This document shows positions 1 through 9,125 of a stretch of 59,025 nt of DNA, piece by piece. The stretch spans positions 1 to 59,025 of the forward strand of contig JAWOBZ010000003.1 in assembly GCA_046484045.1 (NCBI GenBank). Reading direction: 5' to 3'. Source of the stretch: Thermoplasmata archaeon (lineage in GTDB: Archaea > Thermoplasmatota > Thermoplasmata > Halarchaeoplasmatales > Halarchaeoplasmataceae). A program made the translations under genes and the position numbers. Below the pieces are notes generated by a model. That model saw only the letters and a program-made list of their open reading frames with translations. It searched no databases and was not told the origin of the DNA. Numbering within the stretch: position 1 is the first letter of the stretch; each line of letters opens with the position of its first letter.

Positions 1-1
1 T

Positions 2-739
2 CGATATTCGAGACACACCGTGCTGCCCGAGATAGGAGAAAGGGGACAGAAACTATTGAGCAGTGCCGAAGTGACGATAATCGGCTTGGGTGGGCTGGGA
101 ACGGTCATATCGGACGCGCTTGTAAGATGCGGTGTTGGAACCGTTAACATCGTAGACAGAGACGTGGTCGAGATATCCAACCTACAGAGGCAGACGCTTT
201 ACGACGAAAAAGATATCGGTGATAAAAAGGCTGATGCAGCTTACCATCGGCTAAAGTCCATCAACTCCGATGTGGATATCCAGAAATACATTTTAAACGT
301 GGGTCCATCCAATATCGAAGATCTGATCGAAAAAGCCGATATAGTCCTAGACGCTACCGATAACATAGATACAAGATACGTTATCAACGAAGCCTGTGTC
401 AAGCAGTATGTACCGTGGATATTCACCTCGGTTATGGGCACCTACGGGATGACTTTGAATATATTTCCACGAAAAGGACCTTGTCTTAGATGTTTACTGC
501 CCGACGAACCCCATTCGGAGAGCTTCCAAAACGGCAGTGAAGCCGGTATCCTCTTCACCCTACCGAGGGTGATGGGGAATATATCCGCTACTGAGGCGGT
601 AAAGTATCTCGTAGGCGACGAGCCCAGGGAGGAGCTGCTCACCGTGGATCTCTGGAAGAACGATTACATGCTGACATCAGTAGCCAGAAATGAAAATTGT
701 GTATGCTGCGTAAAAGAAGATTTTGAATATATAAAATGA
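2..739 (+). CDS. E1-like ThiF/MoeB/UbaA-family adenylyltransferase (5' end cut by window edge)
   Basis: The frame stays open back to base 2 (RYSRHTVLPEIG), matching the RYxRQ/H start of ThiF/MoeB proteins. Other motifs are the Rossmann loop 'IIGLGGLGT', 'DRDVVEISNLQRQ', and two CxxC pairs (CLRC, CVCC) typical of the structural Zn site. There is no rhodanese domain. Confidence 0.85.
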   Translation, partial: RYSRHTVLPEIGERGQKLLSSAEVTIIGLGGLGTVISDALVRCGVGTVNIVDRDVVEISNLQRQTLYDEKDIGDKKADAAYHRLKSINSDVDIQKYILNVGPSNIEDLIEKADIVLDATDNIDTRYVINEACVKQYVPWIFTSVMGTYGMTLNIFPRKGPCLRCLLPDEPHSESFQNGSEAGILFTLPRVMGNISATEAVKYLVGDEPREELLTVDLWKNDYMLTSVARNENCVCCVKEDFEYIK

Positions 740-1348
740 CTACATCTCGTTGAATTCCATATCATCTATCAAATTGCGAACGTCGATTTTCTTTTCCTCT
801 TTTTCGACTTCTTCCGGATAGCTCTTGATGCGGGGGCCCGATGGAACGATTGGACATTTGAAATCCGATTCTATCGATAGCTCGTAAGTGCCTATCTCCC
901 TGGCGATCTCTATCACTTCGTTCTTGTCCAAGCCTATCAGAGGTCTTGCGATCGTTCTGTCCACTACTCTGTCCAAGGTATAGAGATTCGATAACGTCTG
1001 GGACGCCACTTGCCCCAGGGATTCTCCGGTGGAGATCATGTCTGCGTCTATTCGGTCAGACAGTATATCGGCGGAGCGGTACATCATCCTCTTGCAGACG
1101 ATGCAGTTGAAGTGTGAGGATATGCCCTCGTTTATAGCCCTATGGATAGGTCTGAAATCTGCGGTATATGCTTCTATACCTGGGTGATGTTCTCTTAACC
1201 TTTTAGTCAATTTTTTAACGGTTGATAGCTCTTCTGGATTCACGATAAGATGCAGCAGGACCACCTCGCTTCCTACCTCTGCCATGAGATGTGAAGCTAC
1301 AGGTGAATCAATGCCCGCCGATAGTAAAATCACGGTCTTCTCTGCCAT
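740..1348 (-). CDS. ThiI-like PP-loop ATP pyrophosphatase domain protein (lacks THUMP and N-terminal ferredoxin-like domains)
   Basis: PP-loop 'LLSAGIDSPVASHLM' (ThiI signature SGGIDSPVA), 'STGESLGQVASQT', CxxC 'CIVCKR' plus a third Cys in 'FKCPIV'. Only 202 aa. Its stop codon directly abuts the stop of the E1-like gene (convergent). Confidence 0.75.
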   Translation of the reverse strand: MAEKTVILLSAGIDSPVASHLMAEVGSEVVLLHLIVNPEELSTVKKLTKRLREHHPGIEAYTADFRPIHRAINEGISSHFNCIVCKRMMYRSADILSDRIDADMISTGESLGQVASQTLSNLYTLDRVVDRTIARPLIGLDKNEVIEIAREIGTYELSIESDFKCPIVPSGPRIKSYPEEVEKEEKKIDVRNLIDDMEFNEM

Positions 1349-1449
1349 TATAAGGAAAATACAATAACTATATAAATAATTGAGCTAATGAGGCAAAAGA
1401 AACAAAAAGCTTATTAAAGGAGTCCATTTTGAGGGAAAAGATAACGACT

Positions 1450-1629
1450 ATGACAAGGAAACACACCCGATTTGAAAAAGCTAGAATTATAGGCTCCCGC
1501 GCACTTCAGATATCGATGGGGGCACCGGCGTTGATCGAGGTTCCTGTGGAGATGCTCGATCCCGTTGATATCGCAATGGACGAGTACGAGAAAGGTGTGA
1601 TCCCGATCTCAGTAATTAGAGATGAATAA
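1450..1629 (+). CDS. rpoK: DNA-directed RNA polymerase subunit K (Rpo6/omega-like)
   Basis: '[20 protein letters not shown]' is the conserved RpoK/Rpb6 core. I prefer the ATG at 1450 over the TTG at 1429 in the ORF track. Its end overlaps the start of the next gene (uS2). Confidence 0.85.
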   Translation: MTRKHTRFEKARIIGSRALQISMGAPALIEVPVEMLDPVDIAMDEYEKGVIPISVIRDE

Positions 1630-2239
1630 TATGACAGACAATGAAAATGAGATGCTAGTTCCAGAAGATACCTACCTTACTTCGGGGATACATATAGGTA
1701 CACAGCAGAAAAGTGCTTCGATGAAACCGTTCATATTCAAAGTAAGAGACGATGGTTTATACGTACTGGACGTAAGAAAAACCAACAGCAGGATATCCAC
1801 TGTAGCCAAATTCCTCTCTAGGTACCCCAGCAGAAGGATACTCTTGGTATCCGCCCGTCAGTACGGTAAGAAACCCATAGAAAAGTTTTCAGAGGTTATC
1901 GGGACCATGTGTATAGCCGGTAGGTTCATACCAGGTACCTTGACGAATCCATCACTCGGTAATTTCGTAGAACCCGAGGTTATAGTTGTTGTCGATCCTG
2001 CAGCCGACAAGCAGGCTCTAAAAGAAGCGGTCAATATCGGTATACCTGTGATCGCCCTGGTAGATACCAATAACAGACTTGAGAACGTAGACCTCGCTAT
2101 ACCGACCAACAACAAAGGTAGAAAAGCTCTAGCTTTGATATTCTGGCTCTTGGCTAGAGGTATTCAAAAACATATCGGTGAGATCGAGAGCTACGACGAT
2201 TTCGAATTCGATGTTGGAGATTTCGAACAGAGCTTGTAG
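1622..2239 (+). CDS. rps2: 30S ribosomal protein uS2
   Basis: '[11 protein letters not shown]', '[11 protein letters not shown]', '[27 protein letters not shown]'. The rpoK-rps2 neighbourhood is typical of archaea. Confidence 0.9.
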   Translation: MNNMTDNENEMLVPEDTYLTSGIHIGTQQKSASMKPFIFKVRDDGLYVLDVRKTNSRISTVAKFLSRYPSRRILLVSARQYGKKPIEKFSEVIGTMCIAGRFIPGTLTNPSLGNFVEPEVIVVVDPAADKQALKEAVNIGIPVIALVDTNNRLENVDLAIPTNNKGRKALALIFWLLARGIQKHIGEIESYDDFEFDVGDFEQSL

Positions 2240-2243
2240 ATAA

Positions 2244-4166
2244 TCAGTATAATCTCACGGTCTCTAGATTCTTAGGCGTTCTAGTTTCTATGCCATATTT
2301 TTTGTAAACGGTACTAGCTAGATTGGTACATTTACCTTCTTCTCCGTGACACATTATCACCCTGTTCGGAGACGGCTTCATACCGCTCACGTAATGCAGC
2401 AGCTGTATCCTATCACTGTGACCAGAGAACCCTTCGCACGTGTGAACCCTGAGTTTAACCGTGATATCCAGAGATTGACCGTTCTCGGTGAGAGATATAT
2501 GATCGTACCCCTTCTGGATCCTATCTCCTATGGTTCCAGCTGCCTGATATCCGACGAAAACGATCGCGGATTCAGGGTCATCTCCCCATGCCTTGAAGTA
2601 TTCGAGTACTGGACCTCCGTTCATCATACCCGCAGTTGCAAGAACTACGGCTGGTTCTGAACTGTCGCAGATTTCCTTTCTCATATCCATGCTGTCGACC
2701 TGATGGAATATCGAAGACATGAATGGATTTTCGTCTTCCTGGAAGATCTTTTTCTTCAACTTGTTGTTCAAAAATTCTGGATACGCTGTATGTATGGCGG
2801 TAGCTTCCCAGATCATCCCGTCCAGGTAGACGGGTGCTTCCTTGATATCTCCTTTTCTCATAGCTTCTTCTATCACCAGCATGACCTCTTGTGATCTACC
2901 CACTGCGAATACGGGGATGAGTACTTTACCCTCGGCATAATCTATGTGCTGGATCAGTATGTCTTTCAACTGCTCCACAGCGTCCAATCTGCTGGGCTGG
3001 AGGTCGTTATATCCACCGTAAGTTGATTCTATAACCACGGTTTCTGCCCTGGGAAATCTGTTAACGGCCTGATTGAAGAGCCACGTCTTGTCGTACTTTA
3101 TGTCACCTGTGAACACCACGTTGTAATCTCCGTCTCCTATGTGCAGGTGGGCTACAGCGGAACCCAGGATGTGACCTGCATTATGCAGTGTAAGTCTGAT
3201 GTCGGGTGCGATATCCGTGGTTTCACCGTACTCCAGAGGGATAGTATGTTTCACTGCCTCTCTGATATGGCTGGATTTGTAAGGCGGATCCTTTGCTTCA
3301 CTAACTGATACTTTGATGTAATCCAGCTGAAGTAGTGCCGCCATATCACGTGTTGGTGCTGTACAGTAAACCGGTCCGTCGAAACCGTATTTGTAAAGGG
3401 CGGGTATTATACCGCTGTGATCGAGATGTGCATGTGTTAGAATTATCGAATCGATATTGTCAAGAGGGAGTAATTCAGGAGCGTTAAGATAGGGTGTTCC
3501 ATTATCATCAGACGACACATCGGCTCCACAATCTATCAATATCCTGCTATCTCTGGTGTGAAGTAGAGTACAGGATCTACCCACTTCCCTGTAGCCTCCT
3601 AGAGCTGTGATCCGCGCGAAGGTTTCACCCGTTCTGGTGTCACGGTTGATCTTCCTACCGAGTTTTTTTAGGAATTCCTTTCGTTCACCTCTCACCGCTC
3701 TTAGATAACTCCGGATGTCCTTGACCGTCTTAGATGGTATCGGCGGCGCCCTGACCACATCGGGTGCCCAACCGGTTTCTCTTTTTATCTCATTCAACAC
3801 ACTCCCCTTCTTACCTATGGCCACCCCTGGTGCCTTTGCCTCGATGGTCACCTCGCCGGTATCTTCTTTGAAGTACATATCGGTGATCTTGGCATCCTCG
3901 GATACTATCTCGTTTATCTTCCCCTCGGCCTCTTCCGGTGTATCCAGCAGAGATGGGTCCGGTCTTATCGAGACCCTCCTCTTCAGAGTTTCCGCTAATC
4001 TTTTGATCACTTCCGAATCCGTGGTGAACTCGTCTATATCCTTCGTATAGATCACTATCGTTGAACCCTCGAATTCGATATCTGATATCTGTACCGACGA
4101 TGGGATCACATCATTGACAGCTTTCCTGGCATTCCGTAAAACGTCTTCGACACTCATAAAATTCAC
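2244..4166 (-). CDS. aCPSF1-type beta-CASP metallo-beta-lactamase ribonuclease with N-terminal KH domains
   Basis: KH GxxG motif 'VAIGKKGSVLNEIKRETGW', MBL motif 'LTHAHLDHSG', and a 640-aa length typical of archaeal CPSF1. Confidence 0.9.
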   Translation of the reverse strand: MNFMSVEDVLRNARKAVNDVIPSSVQISDIEFEGSTIVIYTKDIDEFTTDSEVIKRLAETLKRRVSIRPDPSLLDTPEEAEGKINEIVSEDAKITDMYFKEDTGEVTIEAKAPGVAIGKKGSVLNEIKRETGWAPDVVRAPPIPSKTVKDIRSYLRAVRGERKEFLKKLGRKINRDTRTGETFARITALGGYREVGRSCTLLHTRDSRILIDCGADVSSDDNGTPYLNAPELLPLDNIDSIILTHAHLDHSGIIPALYKYGFDGPVYCTAPTRDMAALLQLDYIKVSVSEAKDPPYKSSHIREAVKHTIPLEYGETTDIAPDIRLTLHNAGHILGSAVAHLHIGDGDYNVVFTGDIKYDKTWLFNQAVNRFPRAETVVIESTYGGYNDLQPSRLDAVEQLKDILIQHIDYAEGKVLIPVFAVGRSQEVMLVIEEAMRKGDIKEAPVYLDGMIWEATAIHTAYPEFLNNKLKKKIFQEDENPFMSSIFHQVDSMDMRKEICDSSEPAVVLATAGMMNGGPVLEYFKAWGDDPESAIVFVGYQAAGTIGDRIQKGYDHISLTENGQSLDITVKLRVHTCEGFSGHSDRIQLLHYVSGMKPSPNRVIMCHGEEGKCTNLASTVYKKYGIETRTPKNLETVRLY

Positions 4167-4281
4167 TTCTTTACTTTTCTAATAATTACATTGTTGTTAC
4201 ACATACTGATACACTGTTTTTCTATATCTTCCGCGAAACTCTATATCTTTATAGAATTAAATATACTGATTAAATGGGTTT

Positions 4282-4932
4282 TCATGGTAAACGGATGTTC
4301 TTTTCTTCCTTGATACTCTCCATCTTGCTTTGGATCTCTTCATCATCCATTTCACTGTATCCTTCTTCCGTTATTTTTGCGACTCTTATACCGTCTCCAG
4401 AAGCTGAATCTCTGCTGCTTGATACCATGAGACATAGGATCGCTAAGTCGATGCCCTCTTCGATTGACATATCTTCCTTGTAATGGTCTTCCAATACTCC
4501 GTAAACGAACGGAGATCCTGATCCTTCGGAAACATAGTCATCGGATATGGCACCACCAGCCATGTCCAAGGCGTAAACATGACCTCCTTTATGGTCCACT
4601 CCACCTAACAGTAATCCTACATAATAAGGGAGCATCCTTCTTCCGAGAAGCATATTTGAAAGTAATGTTGAAGCCGCCTTCACGGTCATCTTCTTATCTC
4701 TTTTAAGCTGATAGAGTTCTGCTTCAGAGCTGAGATATCTCGAAATAACCTGTCCATCCCCTACTAGCCCTGCGATAGTCAAACAAAGGTTGTCGCCTAT
4801 AGGGAACAATTTGCGGGTCTTTTTGTGAGCTATCATGTGCCCCTTCGTTGCTCTCTTTTCGGTTGCCATCACTACGCCGTCTTTGCAGACAAGTCCTATC
4901 GTTGTTGTGCCTTTCTTAACATTTTCATCCAT
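4282..4932 (-). CDS. psmB: proteasome subunit beta
   Basis: Short propeptide followed by the catalytic Thr: 'MDENVKKG|TTTIGLVCKDGVVMATEKRAT'. Confidence 0.9.
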   Translation of the reverse strand: MDENVKKGTTTIGLVCKDGVVMATEKRATKGHMIAHKKTRKLFPIGDNLCLTIAGLVGDGQVISRYLSSEAELYQLKRDKKMTVKAASTLLSNMLLGRRMLPYYVGLLLGGVDHKGGHVYALDMAGGAISDDYVSEGSGSPFVYGVLEDHYKEDMSIEEGIDLAILCLMVSSSRDSASGDGIRVAKITEEGYSEMDDEEIQSKMESIKEEKNIRLP

Positions 4933-5087
4933 GCTTTCACGCTCGGTCCCAATCTTGATTGGTTTTTACTTTTTAGTAGAGATATGATGGGAATAATCTT
5001 TTAGTTAATATCCCCCTAAAAGTTTCTACGATTGATTAAGTATAGGGGTCTTATATAACTCTTTCCTTAGGGTACTCATCGTGCGTT

Positions 5088-5894
5088 TCAATCCGTATGT
5101 ACATCGATCTGTGGATAAGGTATCTCTATACCCCTCTTGGCGTACCATTGGAAGACGCCCTTGGTGAGTTGATGCTTGACCGTCCAATAGTCGTCGTTCC
5201 TGGTCCACGCTTTGAGTGTGACGTTGATCGCGGAATCACCCAGGTCGTTGACGGTGACAGCAGGTGCTGGATCTTTGAGTATCAGAGGATGTTTATTCAT
5301 CAGCTCTAGTGCGGTGTCGATGGCTTTGTTCAGGTCTCCCGAGTAACTCAATCCAACTTTAACATCCACTCTTCTTTTTTCTATACGTGAGTAATTGATT
5401 ATCGGCGAGCCCCAAACGACCTGATTGGGTATGGTGATGTAGGTATTATCTGGAGTCAGTATCTCCGTGGACATCAACCCGACGGACTGTATGTTTCCTT
5501 CCAACCCCTTCACTTCGACGTGCTCTCCTTTGTAAAAAGGTCTGATGCTGGCAAGCCAAGCACCTGCTGCAAGATTGTTGAACGTATCTCTTAGACCGAA
5601 ACCCAGAACGATGCCCACCACTGCAGAGATCCCGATCGTGAGAGAGCCTACATCGAAGCCCAGTGTGGCAGCGGCAATGAGGATCACTGCGATGTACATG
5701 ATTATACCGAATAGTCGTCCGATAAAAGTTCGCAGAAGATGTGGGATCTTCATCTTTTTTAGTCCCTTCTTCAGTACCGAGACTATTATCTTTACGACTA
5801 TGACGCCTATAAGAATGATTATAGCAGCGGTTATCGCTTGAATCCAACTTACTCCAGCATACGGTATATTTCGAGTTAGGTCCACGAACATCAC
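5088..5894 (-). CDS. small-conductance mechanosensitive channel (MscS family)
   Basis: N-terminal TM helices followed by the MscS beta-domain pattern 'PFYKGEHVEVKGLEGNIQSVGLMSTEILTPDNTYITIPNQ'. Confidence 0.8.
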   Translation of the reverse strand: MMFVDLTRNIPYAGVSWIQAITAAIIILIGVIVVKIIVSVLKKGLKKMKIPHLLRTFIGRLFGIIMYIAVILIAAATLGFDVGSLTIGISAVVGIVLGFGLRDTFNNLAAGAWLASIRPFYKGEHVEVKGLEGNIQSVGLMSTEILTPDNTYITIPNQVVWGSPIINYSRIEKRRVDVKVGLSYSGDLNKAIDTALELMNKHPLILKDPAPAVTVNDLGDSAINVTLKAWTRNDDYWTVKHQLTKGVFQWYAKRGIEIPYPQIDVHTD

Positions 5895-6010
5895 CTTGAT
5901 TATTTTTAAGTAAAGCTTTCAGATATATAAAGCTTAGATACAACGACTTAAATCTTTTAATATGAAAACACTATAAATATGAAAACATTATAGACCTTTA
6001 TGGTGTTCTG

Positions 6011-6985
6011 TTGGACATAAGACTCACTTGGACCATAACGATCCTCGTTACCTACGTCATCGGTATCATAATATTCAACCCTCTGCTGGAAAAATTGAGG
6101 AACAAAGGGTTCGTGGGCAGGGATATGTACAAGAAGGGGCATCCAAGGATACCCGAGATGGGAGGCATCGGGATCGCTTTCGCCTTCCTGGCGGGCTTCC
6201 TTCTTTTAAGTGTTTTCACGGAGATACCATACGTAGCATATCTATCGGTTTTCGTTCTGATGCTTTACTTCCTTTTCGGTCTGCTCGATGACCTTTTGGG
6301 CATAGGAGGCATCAAAGACGTGAGCTATAGGAAACTGATCAAAATAGTCATACCCCTCTTCTTCGCTTTTCCTCTGATGAATTTTTCAAGTGATTCCGTG
6401 GATATTCCGTACCTTGGCGAACTATATCTAGGTTTTTTTTATCCGTGGATATTCCTGCCTGTCTTCATCATGGTCACCAGCAATCTGATGAACATGTACT
6501 CTTATTACAACGGTCAGTCGGCTGGCACCACGGTCATCGTGCTCTTCTTCCTATCGATGAAATTGTACTCACAGGGACATATGGATATCTTCTACATCAT
6601 AATCCCCTTCCTGGGTGCGACACTGGCTTTCCTGTCGTACAACGTGCAGCCCGCCGGGGTCTTCCCCGGTGACAGCGGTGATATGCTCATGGGGGCGGCT
6701 ATCGGGATCGTCGGTGTACTGAGCGGGTATGAAGCCTTCGTTTTCATCGCTCTTCTACCTCTAATAATTAATTTCCTGATGGTAGCCGCATGGTTCGTGG
6801 AAGCAAGGGGGGACCTGAAGGTGAAATTCGGTGATGTGAGGAAAGATGATACCATCAACCCTCCGAATGCGAAGACGCTGATGTGGTTTTTCCCATCTTA
6901 TATCCATTTAACAGAGAGACAGACCACGGTGATCATGTATATCTTAGTCCTTATATCTTCATTCACCGCGTGGATACTTTTCTAG
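6011..6985 (+). CDS. polyprenyl-phosphate glycosyl-1-phosphate transferase (MraY/WecA/AglH, GT4 family), paralog 1
   Basis: 'GRDMYKKGHPRIPEMGG', 'LLDDLLG', 'NLMNMYSYYNGQSAG', 'VFPGDSGDM'; polytopic membrane protein. Confidence 0.8.
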   Translation: MDIRLTWTITILVTYVIGIIIFNPLLEKLRNKGFVGRDMYKKGHPRIPEMGGIGIAFAFLAGFLLLSVFTEIPYVAYLSVFVLMLYFLFGLLDDLLGIGGIKDVSYRKLIKIVIPLFFAFPLMNFSSDSVDIPYLGELYLGFFYPWIFLPVFIMVTSNLMNMYSYYNGQSAGTTVIVLFFLSMKLYSQGHMDIFYIIIPFLGATLAFLSYNVQPAGVFPGDSGDMLMGAAIGIVGVLSGYEAFVFIALLPLIINFLMVAAWFVEARGDLKVKFGDVRKDDTINPPNAKTLMWFFPSYIHLTERQTTVIMYILVLISSFTAWILF

Positions 6986-7070
6986 TTCTTACATGAAAAG
7001 ATAAAAAATATATACCTACAGTAGTTCTTATGGCAAAGTTTATTAGTTAATTTCCCAAGGAGTATAATAC

Positions 7071-8039
7071 ATGCTGATAATATCTCTGTCGATATTGGTC
7101 GCTTTCTTCATAGCACTCATAGTCTCTAAATGGCAGATAGACACATTTTCAGAGGCTGGGTTGATCGGTAAAGACATGCACAAGGATGGTGCTCCAGAGA
7201 TACCCGAGATGGGGGGTCTGGCAGCCATCGTTGGTTTTATTGTGGGAATATCTTTACTGCTGGGAAGAGGTGAAGAGAACATCAACAACGCTGTTTTCCT
7301 GACCGCTATCATAGGTATAATCGGAGCCGGTTTCATCGGCATGGTAGACGATATGGTGAAGATCCGCCAGAGGACGAAAGCAATGCTGCCTTATCTTTTC
7401 ACACTGCCCTTCGGAATACAGATGATGGGTGAGTCGTTCTCGATCTTCGGCATCCATTTCGATGTTGGATGGGTAATACTGTTGATCGTTCCTTTCGGGG
7501 TAACCTGTGCAGCCAACGCATCCAACATGCTCGAAGGGTTCAACGGTCTCGGAGCTGGATTGTCGTTCATCATAGCTACCACGCTGATAATACTGATCTA
7601 TATGGGGAACGGGGACTCATCCAACTACGGTTTGTATATCCTGTATCCTCTCTTGGGCGCCACCCTTGGGTTCTCGGTTTTCAACCTTTATCCGTCGAGG
7701 ATCTTTCCTGGCGATACCTTCACGCTCTTCAGCGGTGCTGCTATAGGCTGCGCCGCCATAATCAGCGACCTGATAACGCCTGGTATCATCTTGTTCATCC
7801 CCATGATAACGGAATTCTTCCTTAAATTCAGGGGCGGTTTCAAAGCGGAAAATTTTTCCAACGTTAACGAGGAAGGTTATCTCAAGAGCACCCACGATAA
7901 GACCGAGAGCATCACTCACTGGATAGTAAAACACATGAATGTAAAAGAATGGCACCTCGTGGCGATCGTGTGGGCCATCGAGGGTGTATTGGCATTATTG
8001 ATAATCATCCTTTTCGGATTTTTTAACTTCAGTTTCTGA
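7071..8039 (+). CDS. polyprenyl-phosphate glycosyl-1-phosphate transferase (MraY/WecA/AglH, GT4 family), paralog 2
   Basis: Same motif set as the upstream gene: 'GKDMHKDGAPEIPEMGG', 'MVDDMV', 'NASNMLEGFNGLGAG', 'IFPGDTFTL'. The two genes are a tandem duplicate. Confidence 0.8.
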   Translation: MLIISLSILVAFFIALIVSKWQIDTFSEAGLIGKDMHKDGAPEIPEMGGLAAIVGFIVGISLLLGRGEENINNAVFLTAIIGIIGAGFIGMVDDMVKIRQRTKAMLPYLFTLPFGIQMMGESFSIFGIHFDVGWVILLIVPFGVTCAANASNMLEGFNGLGAGLSFIIATTLIILIYMGNGDSSNYGLYILYPLLGATLGFSVFNLYPSRIFPGDTFTLFSGAAIGCAAIISDLITPGIILFIPMITEFFLKFRGGFKAENFSNVNEEGYLKSTHDKTESITHWIVKHMNVKEWHLVAIVWAIEGVLALLIIILFGFFNFSF

Positions 8040-8528
8040 TCACCTGTAAAGTGAAGGACCGGGTTTCGTTGTGGACACTTCTTTTTCTTTGACCGGTGCA
8101 CCACCGAGTGATTGGAAGTGTATGGTTACCCTCATACCTATATTGACTATATTTTGGACGGTGTTGAAGAAATCGGTTCTGTTCAAGTCCTCGTCGTACA
8201 TGTGCATCTTGACTATCACCGAGTCCGGTATGTTTTCACCGTCCCTCTTGATGTTGTAGATGTTGTGACCCTCTGATAAGATCATCACCAGATTCTTCTC
8301 GAAATGTGCTCTCTGATTGGAATTCAACTGTGTTAGGATCTGTTTGTGTTCCTTACTCACTGTAAGTTTGTAAACGACCTCGAGCCTTTTAGGATAATCT
8401 TCAGGATTACCGAGAAGTACGATCCTGTCACCGTGTTTTAACTGTATGAGCCATGACAACTGTTTGTGATCGATGATCTCGTATTCCCTATCGTCATCGT
8501 CCAGCCATTCCGTTATCTGTTCTTTCAT
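8040..8528 (-). CDS. hypothetical soluble protein, function unknown
   Basis: Clean 162-aa ORF with non-repetitive composition, packed between flanking genes. I recognise no motif. Confidence 0.5.
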   Translation of the reverse strand: MKEQITEWLDDDDREYEIIDHKQLSWLIQLKHGDRIVLLGNPEDYPKRLEVVYKLTVSKEHKQILTQLNSNQRAHFEKNLVMILSEGHNIYNIKRDGENIPDSVIVKMHMYDEDLNRTDFFNTVQNIVNIGMRVTIHFQSLGGAPVKEKEVSTTKPGPSLYR

Positions 8529-8549
8529 GGGAAGAGATTTGTACTGTGA

Positions 8550-9125
8550 TTAAAAAATCTTTGCATCTAAAACCAATTCCATGATGCCCAAAGTGATAAG
8601 CGGGGCAACGACCATCAAGAAATCGTCGTCGATGATGATAGTAGGTTTCTCAGCTGTGACGGCCACGACGGCTCCAACAGCGCTAAAGGCAATCAAAATC
8701 GGTAGACTCATCGAAGTCAAAAGTAAATATCCGATCACCGAGATAACGAACCACACAAAGAGAGGTACCCAAGGGTATATGTTCAATTCGTGGTACCTGA
8801 TCTCTCCGATGATTGGATCTACAATACCCATGCCGAACAGACAGATCACTGCGAGATGCATGGGGAACAGCAGTAGTGCTATGGCTGCAGCCATGGTGGC
8901 CCATGCGTAGGCGGCGATCTGTTTACTCTCATAGTCTCTCATACCGAACACGTTCCAGCCCATGTAAAGCCGCAGTGATTCGAAACCAAGGATTATGAGG
9001 ACAACTACGAGGAAAAGTGAGGGCCTGGAGTATCCAGCCAGCTTTTCCGGTACGAGGTAGTAGAGTAGAAATATCCACGCCATAGAATGGATCAACCTGC
9101 GGAAGAGATGCTGTTCATCCACCAC
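8550..9125 (-). CDS. polytopic membrane protein; dolichol/polyprenol kinase-like assignment tentative
   Basis: About 6 hydrophobic segments. Overlaps the upstream gene by 11 nt. The kinase suggestion comes only from the neighbouring AglH-like genes and a general resemblance, not from a firm motif. Confidence 0.5.
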   Translation of the reverse strand: MVDEQHLFRRLIHSMAWIFLLYYLVPEKLAGYSRPSLFLVVVLIILGFESLRLYMGWNVFGMRDYESKQIAAYAWATMAAAIALLLFPMHLAVICLFGMGIVDPIIGEIRYHELNIYPWVPLFVWFVISVIGYLLLTSMSLPILIAFSAVGAVVAVTAEKPTIIIDDDFLMVVAPLITLGIMELVLDAKIF

